NCBI GenBank assembly: GCA_964598945.1
Contig: CAZRDQ010000001.1
Span: 1 to 57,256 of the forward strand
Source of the DNA: an uncultured Candidatus Bathyarchaeia archaeon
GTDB taxonomy: Archaea > Thermoproteota > Bathyarchaeia > 40CM-2-53-6 > RBG-13-38-9
Length of the DNA: 57,256 nt
Direction of reading: 5' to 3'
A program made the translations under genes and the position numbers. A model generated the notes under the pieces. It saw only the letters and a list, made by a program, of their open reading frames with translations, was not told where the DNA came from and did no database searches. Each line of letters begins with the position of its first letter. Positions within the stretch are counted from its first letter, which is position 1. Below, in pieces: positions 9,964-17,233 of this stretch.

Positions 9964-10115
9964 TCTTTCCGCAATGCTACAATAACAAACCGATAAAAAC
10001 GTTTTCCGTGTCGATCATGTGACCTAGGATTTGTGGCCGGACAAGCCATCGGGCCTGATGAGGTTTGACCCGCTACCACACTCTTAATTACGACATTCCC
10101 AAATCATAGCCCCAG

Positions 10116-10832
10116 GTGTCTAATTTGAAAGTAATCGACTTGACACAGGAGATCTATAACGGTATGCCAGTGTTTCCGGGCCATCTCAGGACTGTAGTGT
10201 TTCCTTTCCACACACATGAAGAGACAATGGGCTCGGTTCGCGGAGAAAAAGGCGACTTCAGCTACACGACTTTTGGCCTATTGTTATCTGATCACGGCCC
10301 CACTCACGTAGATTCGATCTGGCACATAAGCAACAAACCAGGATCCAAGAAAATAGACGAGATACCCGTTGAAAATTTCCTCACAGGCGCAGTATGCCTG
10401 GACTTCACCAATATCAAGCCCAAAGGCATAATATCCGTGAAGGAACTTGAATCCGCGCTGGGAAAAGCCAAACTCGACGTGAGGAAAGGAGACACATTAC
10501 TTCTCTACACCGGACACTATGACAGAACTTACCCCAAGAAAGAATACCTCACAGAGAACCCAGGCCTGGACCATGATGGCACAGTCTGGCTTGCAGAACG
10601 CGGGGTTATTAACATCGGCATAGACGCCAGCACCATCGACTCCTGCGGCAACACAGCCAACAAGTTCTTTCCGGCACATCAGGTCTGCGCTGAATATGCC
10701 ATAATGAACACTGAGAATCTATGTAACTTAGGCAGAGTGTCAGGCAAACGCTTCACTTATGTCGGGTTGCCTCTGAAGATTCGCGGCGGGACCGGCTCAC
10801 CCATACGCGCGGTCGCACTCCTTGATCAATAG
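10116..10832 (+). CDS. Cyclase-family protein (kynurenine/aryl-formamidase-like), copy 1
   Basis: 238 aa. MPVFPGH...SDHGPTHVDSIWH is a variant of the HxGTHxDxPxH metal site, and GLPLKIRGGTGSPIRAVALL is the family C-terminus. Confidence 0.75.
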   Translation: MSNLKVIDLTQEIYNGMPVFPGHLRTVVFPFHTHEETMGSVRGEKGDFSYTTFGLLLSDHGPTHVDSIWHISNKPGSKKIDEIPVENFLTGAVCLDFTNIKPKGIISVKELESALGKAKLDVRKGDTLLLYTGHYDRTYPKKEYLTENPGLDHDGTVWLAERGVINIGIDASTIDSCGNTANKFFPAHQVCAEYAIMNTENLCNLGRVSGKRFTYVGLPLKIRGGTGSPIRAVALLDQ

Positions 10833-10872
10833 AGCAAATCTTAATAGCTTTCATCTTTGAATCACGAGTCAG

Positions 10873-11586
10873 GTGTTTGACTTGGTCAAGCTCGTAGACC
10901 TATCACAGGAGATCTATCAAGGAATGCCTGTCTACCCAGGCCACCTGAAGACCGTTCTCTGGTATCATAACACACATGAGGAGACCAGAGCATCCTTCCC
11001 GGACGAGTATCCGTTCAGGTCATACGCAAGTATGGGGATGTTGATGAGTGACCACGGCCCGACCCACGTAGACTCGATCTTCCACATCAGACCCGATGGT
11101 GAGACAATAGATAAACTGCCCCTAGAGATGTTCTATACGGAAGCTGTTTGTCTGGACGTGTCTCACGTCCCAGCAGACAAATTCATCACTCTAAAGGATA
11201 TCAAAGACGCTCTTGCCAAACACAAACTGACAGTAAAGAAAGGAGACACCGTACTGCTGTACACGGGCCACTATAACAAGAAATACGGAACAAAAGACTG
11301 GCTCTTCAACTACACAGGCTTGGACATGGAAGCCGCCAAGTGGCTCGGAGATCAAGGGGTTGTGAACATAGGCGAGGACGCACCGAGCATAGACAGCAGC
11401 CAAGCAATGAAGACAAGATTCTACCCAGGACACATAGTCTGCAGAGAGAAACGCATACTGAACACTGAGAATCTCGCGAACCTTGACAAGGTCGCTGGAA
11501 AACGCTTCATCTACGCAGGCTTGCCCCTTAAGATCAAGGGCGGGACAGGCTCCCCGATCAGGGCCATCGCAATCCTCAACGAATGA
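10873..11586 (+). CDS. Cyclase-family protein, copy 2 (tandem paralog)
   Basis: 237 aa and colinear with copy 1 (MPVYPGH, SDHGPTHVDSIFH, GLPLKIKGGTGSPIRAIAIL). Confidence 0.75.
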   Translation: MFDLVKLVDLSQEIYQGMPVYPGHLKTVLWYHNTHEETRASFPDEYPFRSYASMGMLMSDHGPTHVDSIFHIRPDGETIDKLPLEMFYTEAVCLDVSHVPADKFITLKDIKDALAKHKLTVKKGDTVLLYTGHYNKKYGTKDWLFNYTGLDMEAAKWLGDQGVVNIGEDAPSIDSSQAMKTRFYPGHIVCREKRILNTENLANLDKVAGKRFIYAGLPLKIKGGTGSPIRAIAILNE

Positions 11587-11900
11587 CGAGACTATAAATT
11601 CAGCATACAGATGATGCGATATCGACTACCCAACTTTGTGGTTGGCCGCCAGAATACTTCCTAGACCTGTGTTCAGAGTCGCAGGCACATGCTCATGATT
11701 TGGATGCCCGGATTCATGATATCGGTTTGGCTCATCAAGCCCTTGGCTTGATTTGGGTCAGCGATTCACAGTATGTCGACGAGATGGTTGCTCCGATGGG
11801 TTCAAGCAAGAAACACTAGTAGGGGTACATTTTCCGGATTGCCGATGCACATCTTTAACCTCGGAGCATCATGAGTCAGCGGTCAGATTTCTGAGACCCA

Positions 11901-12713
11901 TTATGACTGATCCTTGTTCTGAGCGGTCTTTTTGGGGAACAGTAGTTGCATGAATTCCAGGCTCTCTTTTCGCCGCTTTTCCAGCTCCTTCTCTCCTCTT
12001 GAGCTTACTGCCGCCAACTCCTGTATCTTCTTGAGCTTCTCGGCATCCTCTTCGGAGTACTTGGCCCAAGGTCTCTCAATCCGCCAAGTTATCTTTTGAC
12101 TTATGGAGGGCTCAGGATAAGCTCCTACATCTTGGAGAGCAAAGCCAAGAACTGAAGTCGGCTCCTCCTGGATGCATGCGTTTATTACCCTTTTGATCGT
12201 TTCAGGATCTATCCTGAGCTTTCGATCATCCTCGAAGAGCAGACTCACGAGTTTGATCTGCTTGCGGAACCTCTCTATGGCTTCAAGCGAGATGTTGTAG
12301 AGATAAGGCGTCAGAGATACCGCCCCAATTATCCCTCTGTTCTCGTTGACACCGTTAGTCATGAAGGCCTCGAAGGTCTGTCCAGGGTGATGACCAACCG
12401 ATTCAACGCCGCACAAGATCACGTATCGAATGTTGGGGTTGGCAATTATATTGCACACTATCTTCTCTATTCCCAGGTTCTCTGTCTGAAGAAAACCTGA
12501 TAGCGCGGCGCCGGCCTCAACAGCGATCTTGGACAGATCTTTCAGAAATCCAGGAATCTTGTCATAATCGGTGTGGAGCAGGATAGCTACGGCGACGGGC
12601 GAATAGTCGTTTCCTCTGAGATAGCTTCCATCCTCAGGAGGATATTTGTCAGGAGGTTTGACTTTGTTTATGTTTTTCAAATCTACAAGCCTTCTGTTGG
12701 ATAGTAGGTTCAT
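11901..12713 (-). CDS. MtrA-like corrinoid-binding protein (homolog of tetrahydromethanopterin S-methyltransferase subunit A, without the C-terminal TM helix)
   Basis: SPVAVAIL..., TENLGIEKIVCNIIANPNIRYVILCGVESVGHHPGQ and RGIIGA... parallel the MtrA blocks CKTENLGIEK..NPNIRFLILCGSEV.GHITGQ. The His in the position of the MtrA cobalt-ligand His is kept. The C-terminus is a charged coiled coil. The start shares an ATGA overlap with the upstream gene. Confidence 0.75.
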   Translation of the reverse strand: MNLLSNRRLVDLKNINKVKPPDKYPPEDGSYLRGNDYSPVAVAILLHTDYDKIPGFLKDLSKIAVEAGAALSGFLQTENLGIEKIVCNIIANPNIRYVILCGVESVGHHPGQTFEAFMTNGVNENRGIIGAVSLTPYLYNISLEAIERFRKQIKLVSLLFEDDRKLRIDPETIKRVINACIQEEPTSVLGFALQDVGAYPEPSISQKITWRIERPWAKYSEEDAEKLKKIQELAAVSSRGEKELEKRRKESLEFMQLLFPKKTAQNKDQS

Positions 12714-13714
12714 AATCTATGCGTTCGCGGTGGCTTCTTAGCCCTCCTCGACAATACATTTTTCTTTGGGAAAACATTTCTTTTCCGATTCCTTCTCAAA
12801 ACCAACACGGCACCACCAGTAACCACTAGCAAAAAGAGAATCATCGTCTTCATCTGCGTACTGGTAGTCTGCTGATGCCCAGGTTGCAGATTTTCCAAAG
12901 TATTCGTAGAAGTCTGAAGAGGTGTTACTGACGGAGGCGGAGTTGGTGAAATCTGAGGCGGAGTCTCGATTGGGGATGTGGAGGGGGTTTCAGGCATCGA
13001 GGTTTCTGTTGGTGTAGGTGCAGGTGATGGAGTCGAGTTTGCTGGCCTATGCCAGTCTACTCTCACTACTAGTCTGGGTTTCAGCTCCTGAGGTTGTGTG
13101 GATTCTCTTGGATAGAAGGAGGCGACCTGATCAGAGGCATTTATCTCATGCCTGATCTTTATCATCGTTCCGTGGTTTTCGGCAGATCCGGAGTGCCACA
13201 TTCCAAGATCATTCGTAATCTCCCAACACACCCATTGTTCTCTTGGAGTTGGGGTTATCGTGGTTGCGGAGGTCCGCGTTCTAGTTGTTGGTGGCTGGGT
13301 TCTCCAGGTGAGTTGGTGTTGGTTCCAGTCGGCCAAGACCCTGTAGGTCTCAAACTCCTGAGCTGCCTTCGGCGGGTCGAACATGAAGAGACACATGTTT
13401 GCTGAGAGCACCTTGGCATCCTTCGGGATCGAGGTGATGTTGAACTTGACGTAGATCCTTGAGGAGCCGTAGAGCTTGTAGGAATCGTACTCAACATACA
13501 TGTTTCCTGCGAATATGGACCAGAGGTATCCGTGAGGATCCTCAGGATACTTGGTTTGCAGATACATGCTGTTGACAAATGTGTCTGCGATCGACGGCTG
13601 GATAATCAGGGTCGACTCAACAGCCCACACATTGACCGCTTGGAGCTGCACCAACAGAAACGAAAGTAAGACCAGGATAAGGGTCTTGGTGTGCAGTCCG
13701 GCCATGATTGACAT
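12710..13714 (-). CDS. Cell-surface protein with signal peptide, DNRLRE-like beta-sandwich domain, Pro/Thr/Ser linker and C-terminal TM anchor
   Basis: The N-terminus is LILVLLSFLLVQLQAVNVWA. The domain shows ADTFVN...SRIYVKFNITSIPKDAKVLSANMCLF...YRVLADWNQHQLTWRTQP. A PTPSPAPTPTETS linker follows, and the C-terminus is ILFLLVVTGGAVLVLRRNRKR. Confidence 0.6.
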   Translation of the reverse strand: MSIMAGLHTKTLILVLLSFLLVQLQAVNVWAVESTLIIQPSIADTFVNSMYLQTKYPEDPHGYLWSIFAGNMYVEYDSYKLYGSSRIYVKFNITSIPKDAKVLSANMCLFMFDPPKAAQEFETYRVLADWNQHQLTWRTQPPTTRTRTSATTITPTPREQWVCWEITNDLGMWHSGSAENHGTMIKIRHEINASDQVASFYPRESTQPQELKPRLVVRVDWHRPANSTPSPAPTPTETSMPETPSTSPIETPPQISPTPPPSVTPLQTSTNTLENLQPGHQQTTSTQMKTMILFLLVVTGGAVLVLRRNRKRNVFPKKNVLSRRAKKPPRTHRL

Positions 13715-13750
13715 CTCTGCGCATCGGGTTTCATGCGTTGAGTAGTGAGT

Positions 13751-14314
13751 TTAGACCACAGATAGTGCGACGAGTAGTATGTAGAGTCCTGCAGCGATGA
13801 GGATTGCGCCGGTTGCCCGATCTATCCATGTGGAGTACTGGGTTATCTTGCTCATCATGGATTGCTTGGTTCTTAGTGTTATGAGGGATACTGCCATGGT
13901 GATGAGTCCCATTCCGAAGCCGTAGGATGCAAGTGCTAGTATGCCGTTCTGGAGGCCGCTTATGAAGGAGTAGAGTATTATCGAGAAGAATACTGGTGCT
14001 GAGCATCCTGAGATGACAAGTCCGAAGCCCAAGCCGAAGACATAGAGCCCCAGCGTTCCCTTCTTGAGGTTTATTCTGGGTGAGAACGAGGGTAGACCCA
14101 AGCCGATTATTTGGAGTAGGCCCAGAACGATTATCGCGACACCAACTATGGATTGTAGCCATGGCATGTAAGTTACGAGGATGCCTCCGATAGATGATAA
14201 GAGAGCTCCTAAGATCGCTAGGACTGTAATGAGTCCTGAAGTGAACACCAGCCCTGAGAAGACGCCGTGTGTTAACGATTTTGATTCAACCAGGTATGCT
14301 ATATATCCGGGCAA
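13751..14314 (-). CDS. ccdA: CcdA/DsbD-family transmembrane thiol:disulfide electron transporter
   Basis: Polytopic membrane ORF with the second conserved Cys in VISGCSAPV. The homologous first TM with its Cys (FAFLAGVSSLLHPCAFALLPGY) is encoded in frame upstream at 14315..14398, where there is no ATG/GTG/TTG. The true 5' end is therefore unresolved. Confidence 0.75.
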   Translation of the reverse strand: MPGYIAYLVESKSLTHGVFSGLVFTSGLITVLAILGALLSSIGGILVTYMPWLQSIVGVAIIVLGLLQIIGLGLPSFSPRINLKKGTLGLYVFGLGFGLVISGCSAPVFFSIILYSFISGLQNGILALASYGFGMGLITMAVSLITLRTKQSMMSKITQYSTWIDRATGAILIAAGLYILLVALSVV

Positions 14315-14403
14315 GAGGGCGAACGCGCATGGATGAAGGAGTGAGGAGACTCCGGCGAGAAAAGCGAAAGTGAAGTTGAAGAATGTGCTCTCAAGAGCTA
14401 AGG

Positions 14404-15054
14404 TTAAGCCTCTCCTTGGATTGCCTTTATTTCTTGGATGATTGTTGGTGCCTCTGCCACTCCTTCATGCCTGAACCGCACGTAGCCATCCTGGTCTATT
14501 ATTATGATGCTGGGAATCAGCGTGATTCGGTATTTGAATGAAGCCCCCTCAATGTCGACAGCGATTCTCCATTTCACATTGTAGGAACTGGCGAAGGTGT
14601 GAAGCTCTTCATTGATTCCTTTTCCTCCATAGACTGAGATCGAGAGGATCTCCACTTTGTCGCCGTAAGCAGAATGGACCTTTGTCAGTTCGATGACCTG
14701 TTGTTTGCACGGTTTGCATTGCGCCCCCATAAAGTCCAGAATCACAATCTTACCTTTGAAGTCGCTTAACGTGAATCGATTTCCATCAATATCCGTGAGA
14801 GTGAAATCTTCAGCTGCGGGATAGCGCGAGTCACCTGTGACCTGATCAGACCCGGTTACTTGCGACGTAGCACCAACTGGGGCGTTGGATAATGTCACGA
14901 ATGCCTCTGTTGAATCACCTTGCCTTGTGAAGTTATATATGGCAACGGATACTAAAGCCACGAATGAAACTAATACCACTGCAACTACGACCGGGTTTTT
15001 CTTCCGGGCATCCGTCCTTTTCTTCAACATGCGTGCTTGGGATTTCCTGCCCAT
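14404..15054 (-). CDS. Membrane-anchored TlpA/ResA-like thioredoxin-fold thiol-disulfide oxidoreductase
   Basis: N-terminal TM helix (VVVAVVLVSFVALVSVAIY) and a redoxin domain with DFMGAQCKPCKQQV (CxxC). Confidence 0.8.
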   Translation of the reverse strand: MGRKSQARMLKKRTDARKKNPVVVAVVLVSFVALVSVAIYNFTRQGDSTEAFVTLSNAPVGATSQVTGSDQVTGDSRYPAAEDFTLTDIDGNRFTLSDFKGKIVILDFMGAQCKPCKQQVIELTKVHSAYGDKVEILSISVYGGKGINEELHTFASSYNVKWRIAVDIEGASFKYRITLIPSIIIIDQDGYVRFRHEGVAEAPTIIQEIKAIQGEA

Positions 15055-15083
15055 GGCTTACTTCCCTTAGCCAGTTGTGCACA

Positions 15084-15488
15084 TCATGATTCTTTATGAA
15101 TGCTAGGTTGTCTCGTGGCTCTAACAATAGCATCCGCTGTCTCTTGCACGTCTTCATCTGAATAGTTAAGCGGGGGCCCCTTGGCGATTCCAAGATCTGA
15201 GACAACATTTATCGTCGCATCAGGTTGATAGCCGGCATTTTCCACTATCTTCCTGGCGCAGTTGAGTGGACAGCCATCAACCGTGATTATTCTCTTGACA
15301 TGTTTCATCTTCTCAAGCACGGGTGTAGCTCTCGTGGCAAGTGCCCCCAGACAGAAGATGTTCGCTGTCTCTAGGCCAACTCTTCTTATTGCTTCAAGAC
15401 CCGCCAACCCTGTTATGCGGCCTACATTCGACATGCATCCGAAGCACACGAACAGAGCGTTATTTGACACATTCTCCGAAAGACTCAT
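15084..15488 (-). CDS. DGC-domain putative zinc-binding protein
   Basis: 134 aa with FVCFGCMSNVG and ITVDGCPLNCA (DGC motif). Confidence 0.65.
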   Translation of the reverse strand: MSLSENVSNNALFVCFGCMSNVGRITGLAGLEAIRRVGLETANIFCLGALATRATPVLEKMKHVKRIITVDGCPLNCARKIVENAGYQPDATINVVSDLGIAKGPPLNYSDEDVQETADAIVRATRQPSIHKES

Positions 15489-15519
15489 GATTTACCATCC
15501 TGACAATCTTTTCAATACT

Positions 15520-16563
15520 CTATAGTCCTCCGATTGCTGCTCCATAGATTAGTCCGAAGGCCACGCTGAACATCCAAGCCACAATGGCGTAGGACAATAC
15601 TACTTTCCATCTCACTATCTTGGACGCTGCCATCATGTTTGGGATGTCATACGGTTGGCCCATGAGCCAAGAGAGCAGGGCTGCTTGGGACATGCCGAGA
15701 TTCAGAAGGCCCCTCCCAAGCACGATCTCCACGAGAGTTGGTGTGTATAGTGGGCCTCCAATGACCGAAGCCAACAATACTCCCTGAACTCCAGTAAGGT
15801 AGTTTACAACGATGTCTTCCGGCATGAAAGCCTCTACGTAGCTGACCATTACTAGACCCGCAAAGAAGAATGGGAGTATCTGCCTTCCAAGGTACCATGC
15901 AAATTTGAGAGCGTTCGTCAGTTTCTCATCCAGAGGGATCTGAACAACGTTCACGGTTGTAGAATGCCCCGGATTGTTAGGTTTATGCTCATTCTCGATC
16001 GCTCTTCCCCAAGGTGTACGGGAGATGATGAGCCCTGCAACCAAGGCGGTAGTTAACGATGTGAAGATCCTTACGATCGCTATCTGCCACGAGATTATCT
16101 CTCCTGTGAGAAGAATGGTGAGGATGTTTGCGGCTGGGGCCATAAGCAAGAACGAGATTGCCGGGCCGATGCCGGCGCCCGCGTAGAGTATACCTGAGAA
16201 TAGCGGGATCATAGTGCATGAGCAGACCGTGAAGAATGGAGCCACACCGATCCCTAAAGCATAGCCTGAAGCTTTGCCGCTGCTCATGTATCTGTTGATG
16301 ATGTCTTTCGGTATGAACTCGTAGATCATCCCTGCTGCGACGAAAGCGAACAGAAGGCATATCCATCCGTGGCTCATGTAATCCCAGATGTAAGCTAACG
16401 GAATATGCCAGAGGGGGAGGCCGTGGAAATCAGCTGGCTTCATGGTTGGAGCCAATGAGTAAGCCATGATTCTGGAGTAGACCAATGCTAGAAAGACCGC
16501 CGCCACGAAAGACGCCAAAATCACGGTTCTCAATGATCTAGTGTGAGGGTTCATTCTGTTCAT
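15520..16563 (-). CDS. Polytopic permease of the ArsP-like / DUF318 'predicted permease' family
   Basis: 347 aa with about 8-10 TM helices and a membrane-embedded CxC (PFFTVCSCTMIPLFSG). It shows the typical linkage to ArsR, a small thioredoxin and a DGC protein. Confidence 0.65.
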   Translation of the reverse strand: MNRMNPHTRSLRTVILASFVAAVFLALVYSRIMAYSLAPTMKPADFHGLPLWHIPLAYIWDYMSHGWICLLFAFVAAGMIYEFIPKDIINRYMSSGKASGYALGIGVAPFFTVCSCTMIPLFSGILYAGAGIGPAISFLLMAPAANILTILLTGEIISWQIAIVRIFTSLTTALVAGLIISRTPWGRAIENEHKPNNPGHSTTVNVVQIPLDEKLTNALKFAWYLGRQILPFFFAGLVMVSYVEAFMPEDIVVNYLTGVQGVLLASVIGGPLYTPTLVEIVLGRGLLNLGMSQAALLSWLMGQPYDIPNMMAASKIVRWKVVLSYAIVAWMFSVAFGLIYGAAIGGL

Positions 16564-16564
16564 C

Positions 16565-16834
16565 CTAGCGGGTATCCGTCTGTTTGATGATTCGCGTTAT
16601 CTCGTCGGGGCTTGGGATTCTGCCGGCGATCCTTACTTGACCGTTAATAGCGACGGCTGGAGAGAGAAGAACACCGTACTTGGCGATGACTTCTTTCGAT
16701 GCGATATTCAGCTTCTGTACAGTAACTTCTGCTCCTTCCTTCCTGAGCAGAGAGGCAGCTTCTTCAGCATTCTTATAGGTAGCAGCACACCTCTTGCACG
16801 GAGGATCAACACCAACAACTTCGATTAGAACCAT
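16565..16834 (-). CDS. Small thioredoxin-fold protein (redox-active disulfide protein 2 / Thioredoxin_3 type)
   Basis: 89 aa with IEVVGVDPPCKRCAATY (CxxC) and SPAVAINGQVRIAGRIPSPDEI. Confidence 0.7.
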   Translation of the reverse strand: MVLIEVVGVDPPCKRCAATYKNAEEAASLLRKEGAEVTVQKLNIASKEVIAKYGVLLSPAVAINGQVRIAGRIPSPDEITRIIKQTDTR

Positions 16835-16835
16835 C

Positions 16836-17222
16836 TTATCGGTACCCCGCCTTTATGCCTTCAATGACGTTTCTGCTTAGTGATTCGACGAGCTCTGGAT
16901 CAACAAAATCTAGCAGTTGGTAAACCTTTGAAGAACTAATCGAATAGAATATCCTGTTTCCCTCTTTCCGCCTTTTTAAGATCCCGCAGTCGACCAAGAC
17001 TTTTAGATGTCTTGAGACCGTTGGTTGAGCGAACCCGACGGTTGGAACAATCTTGCAAGCACATTTCTCGCCTTCCCTAAGAAAGTCGATTATCTTCAGC
17101 CTACTGGGATCTGACAGGGCCTTGAATACTGTAGATTTGAAGTTGAGCATGCTGATCTCGTCCATACGCTTCACAGACTTGGGTGAGTGTAAATAGATCA
17201 TAGTTATCAAGCTATATGGCAA
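16836..17222 (-). CDS. ArsR/SmtB-family metal(loid)-responsive repressor
   Basis: FKALSDPSRLKIIDFLREGEKCACKIVPTVGFAQPTVSRHLKVL is a winged HTH with a CxC in helix 3, as in As(III)/metal-sensing ArsR. The likely real start is Met-20 (MDEISML, about 17165). Confidence 0.8.
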   Translation of the reverse strand: MPYSLITMIYLHSPKSVKRMDEISMLNFKSTVFKALSDPSRLKIIDFLREGEKCACKIVPTVGFAQPTVSRHLKVLVDCGILKRRKEGNRIFYSISSSKVYQLLDFVDPELVESLSRNVIEGIKAGYR

Positions 17223-17233
17223 TATTTAAATAT
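17222..17233. promoter_or_regulatory. Perfect 12-bp AT palindrome ATATTTAAATAT in the divergent arsR / tolB-like control region (candidate TATA element or operator)
   Basis: Read directly from the sequence. It lies between the probable real starts of the two divergent genes (about 17165 and about 17271). Confidence 0.2.

Noticed and set aside
11734-11752. Perfect 8-bp stem / 3-nt loop hairpin (ATCAAGCC-CTT-GGCTTGAT) followed by TTT, in the convergent spacer after the cyclase genes.
   Set aside because: It could be a terminator. However, it lies about 150 nt past the stop, archaeal termination relies mainly on oligo-T tracts, and a single short hairpin is not distinctive.
14404-14470. Possible -1 programmed frameshift fusing the TlpA-like redoxin to CcdA. 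The fusion would be topologically sensible and DsbD-like.
   Set aside because: No X-XXY-YYZ slippery heptamer or obvious downstream structure lies near the end of the TlpA ORF (..GAA ATA AAG GCA ATC CAA GGA GAG GCT TAA). A mutated or miscalled start codon is the simpler explanation.
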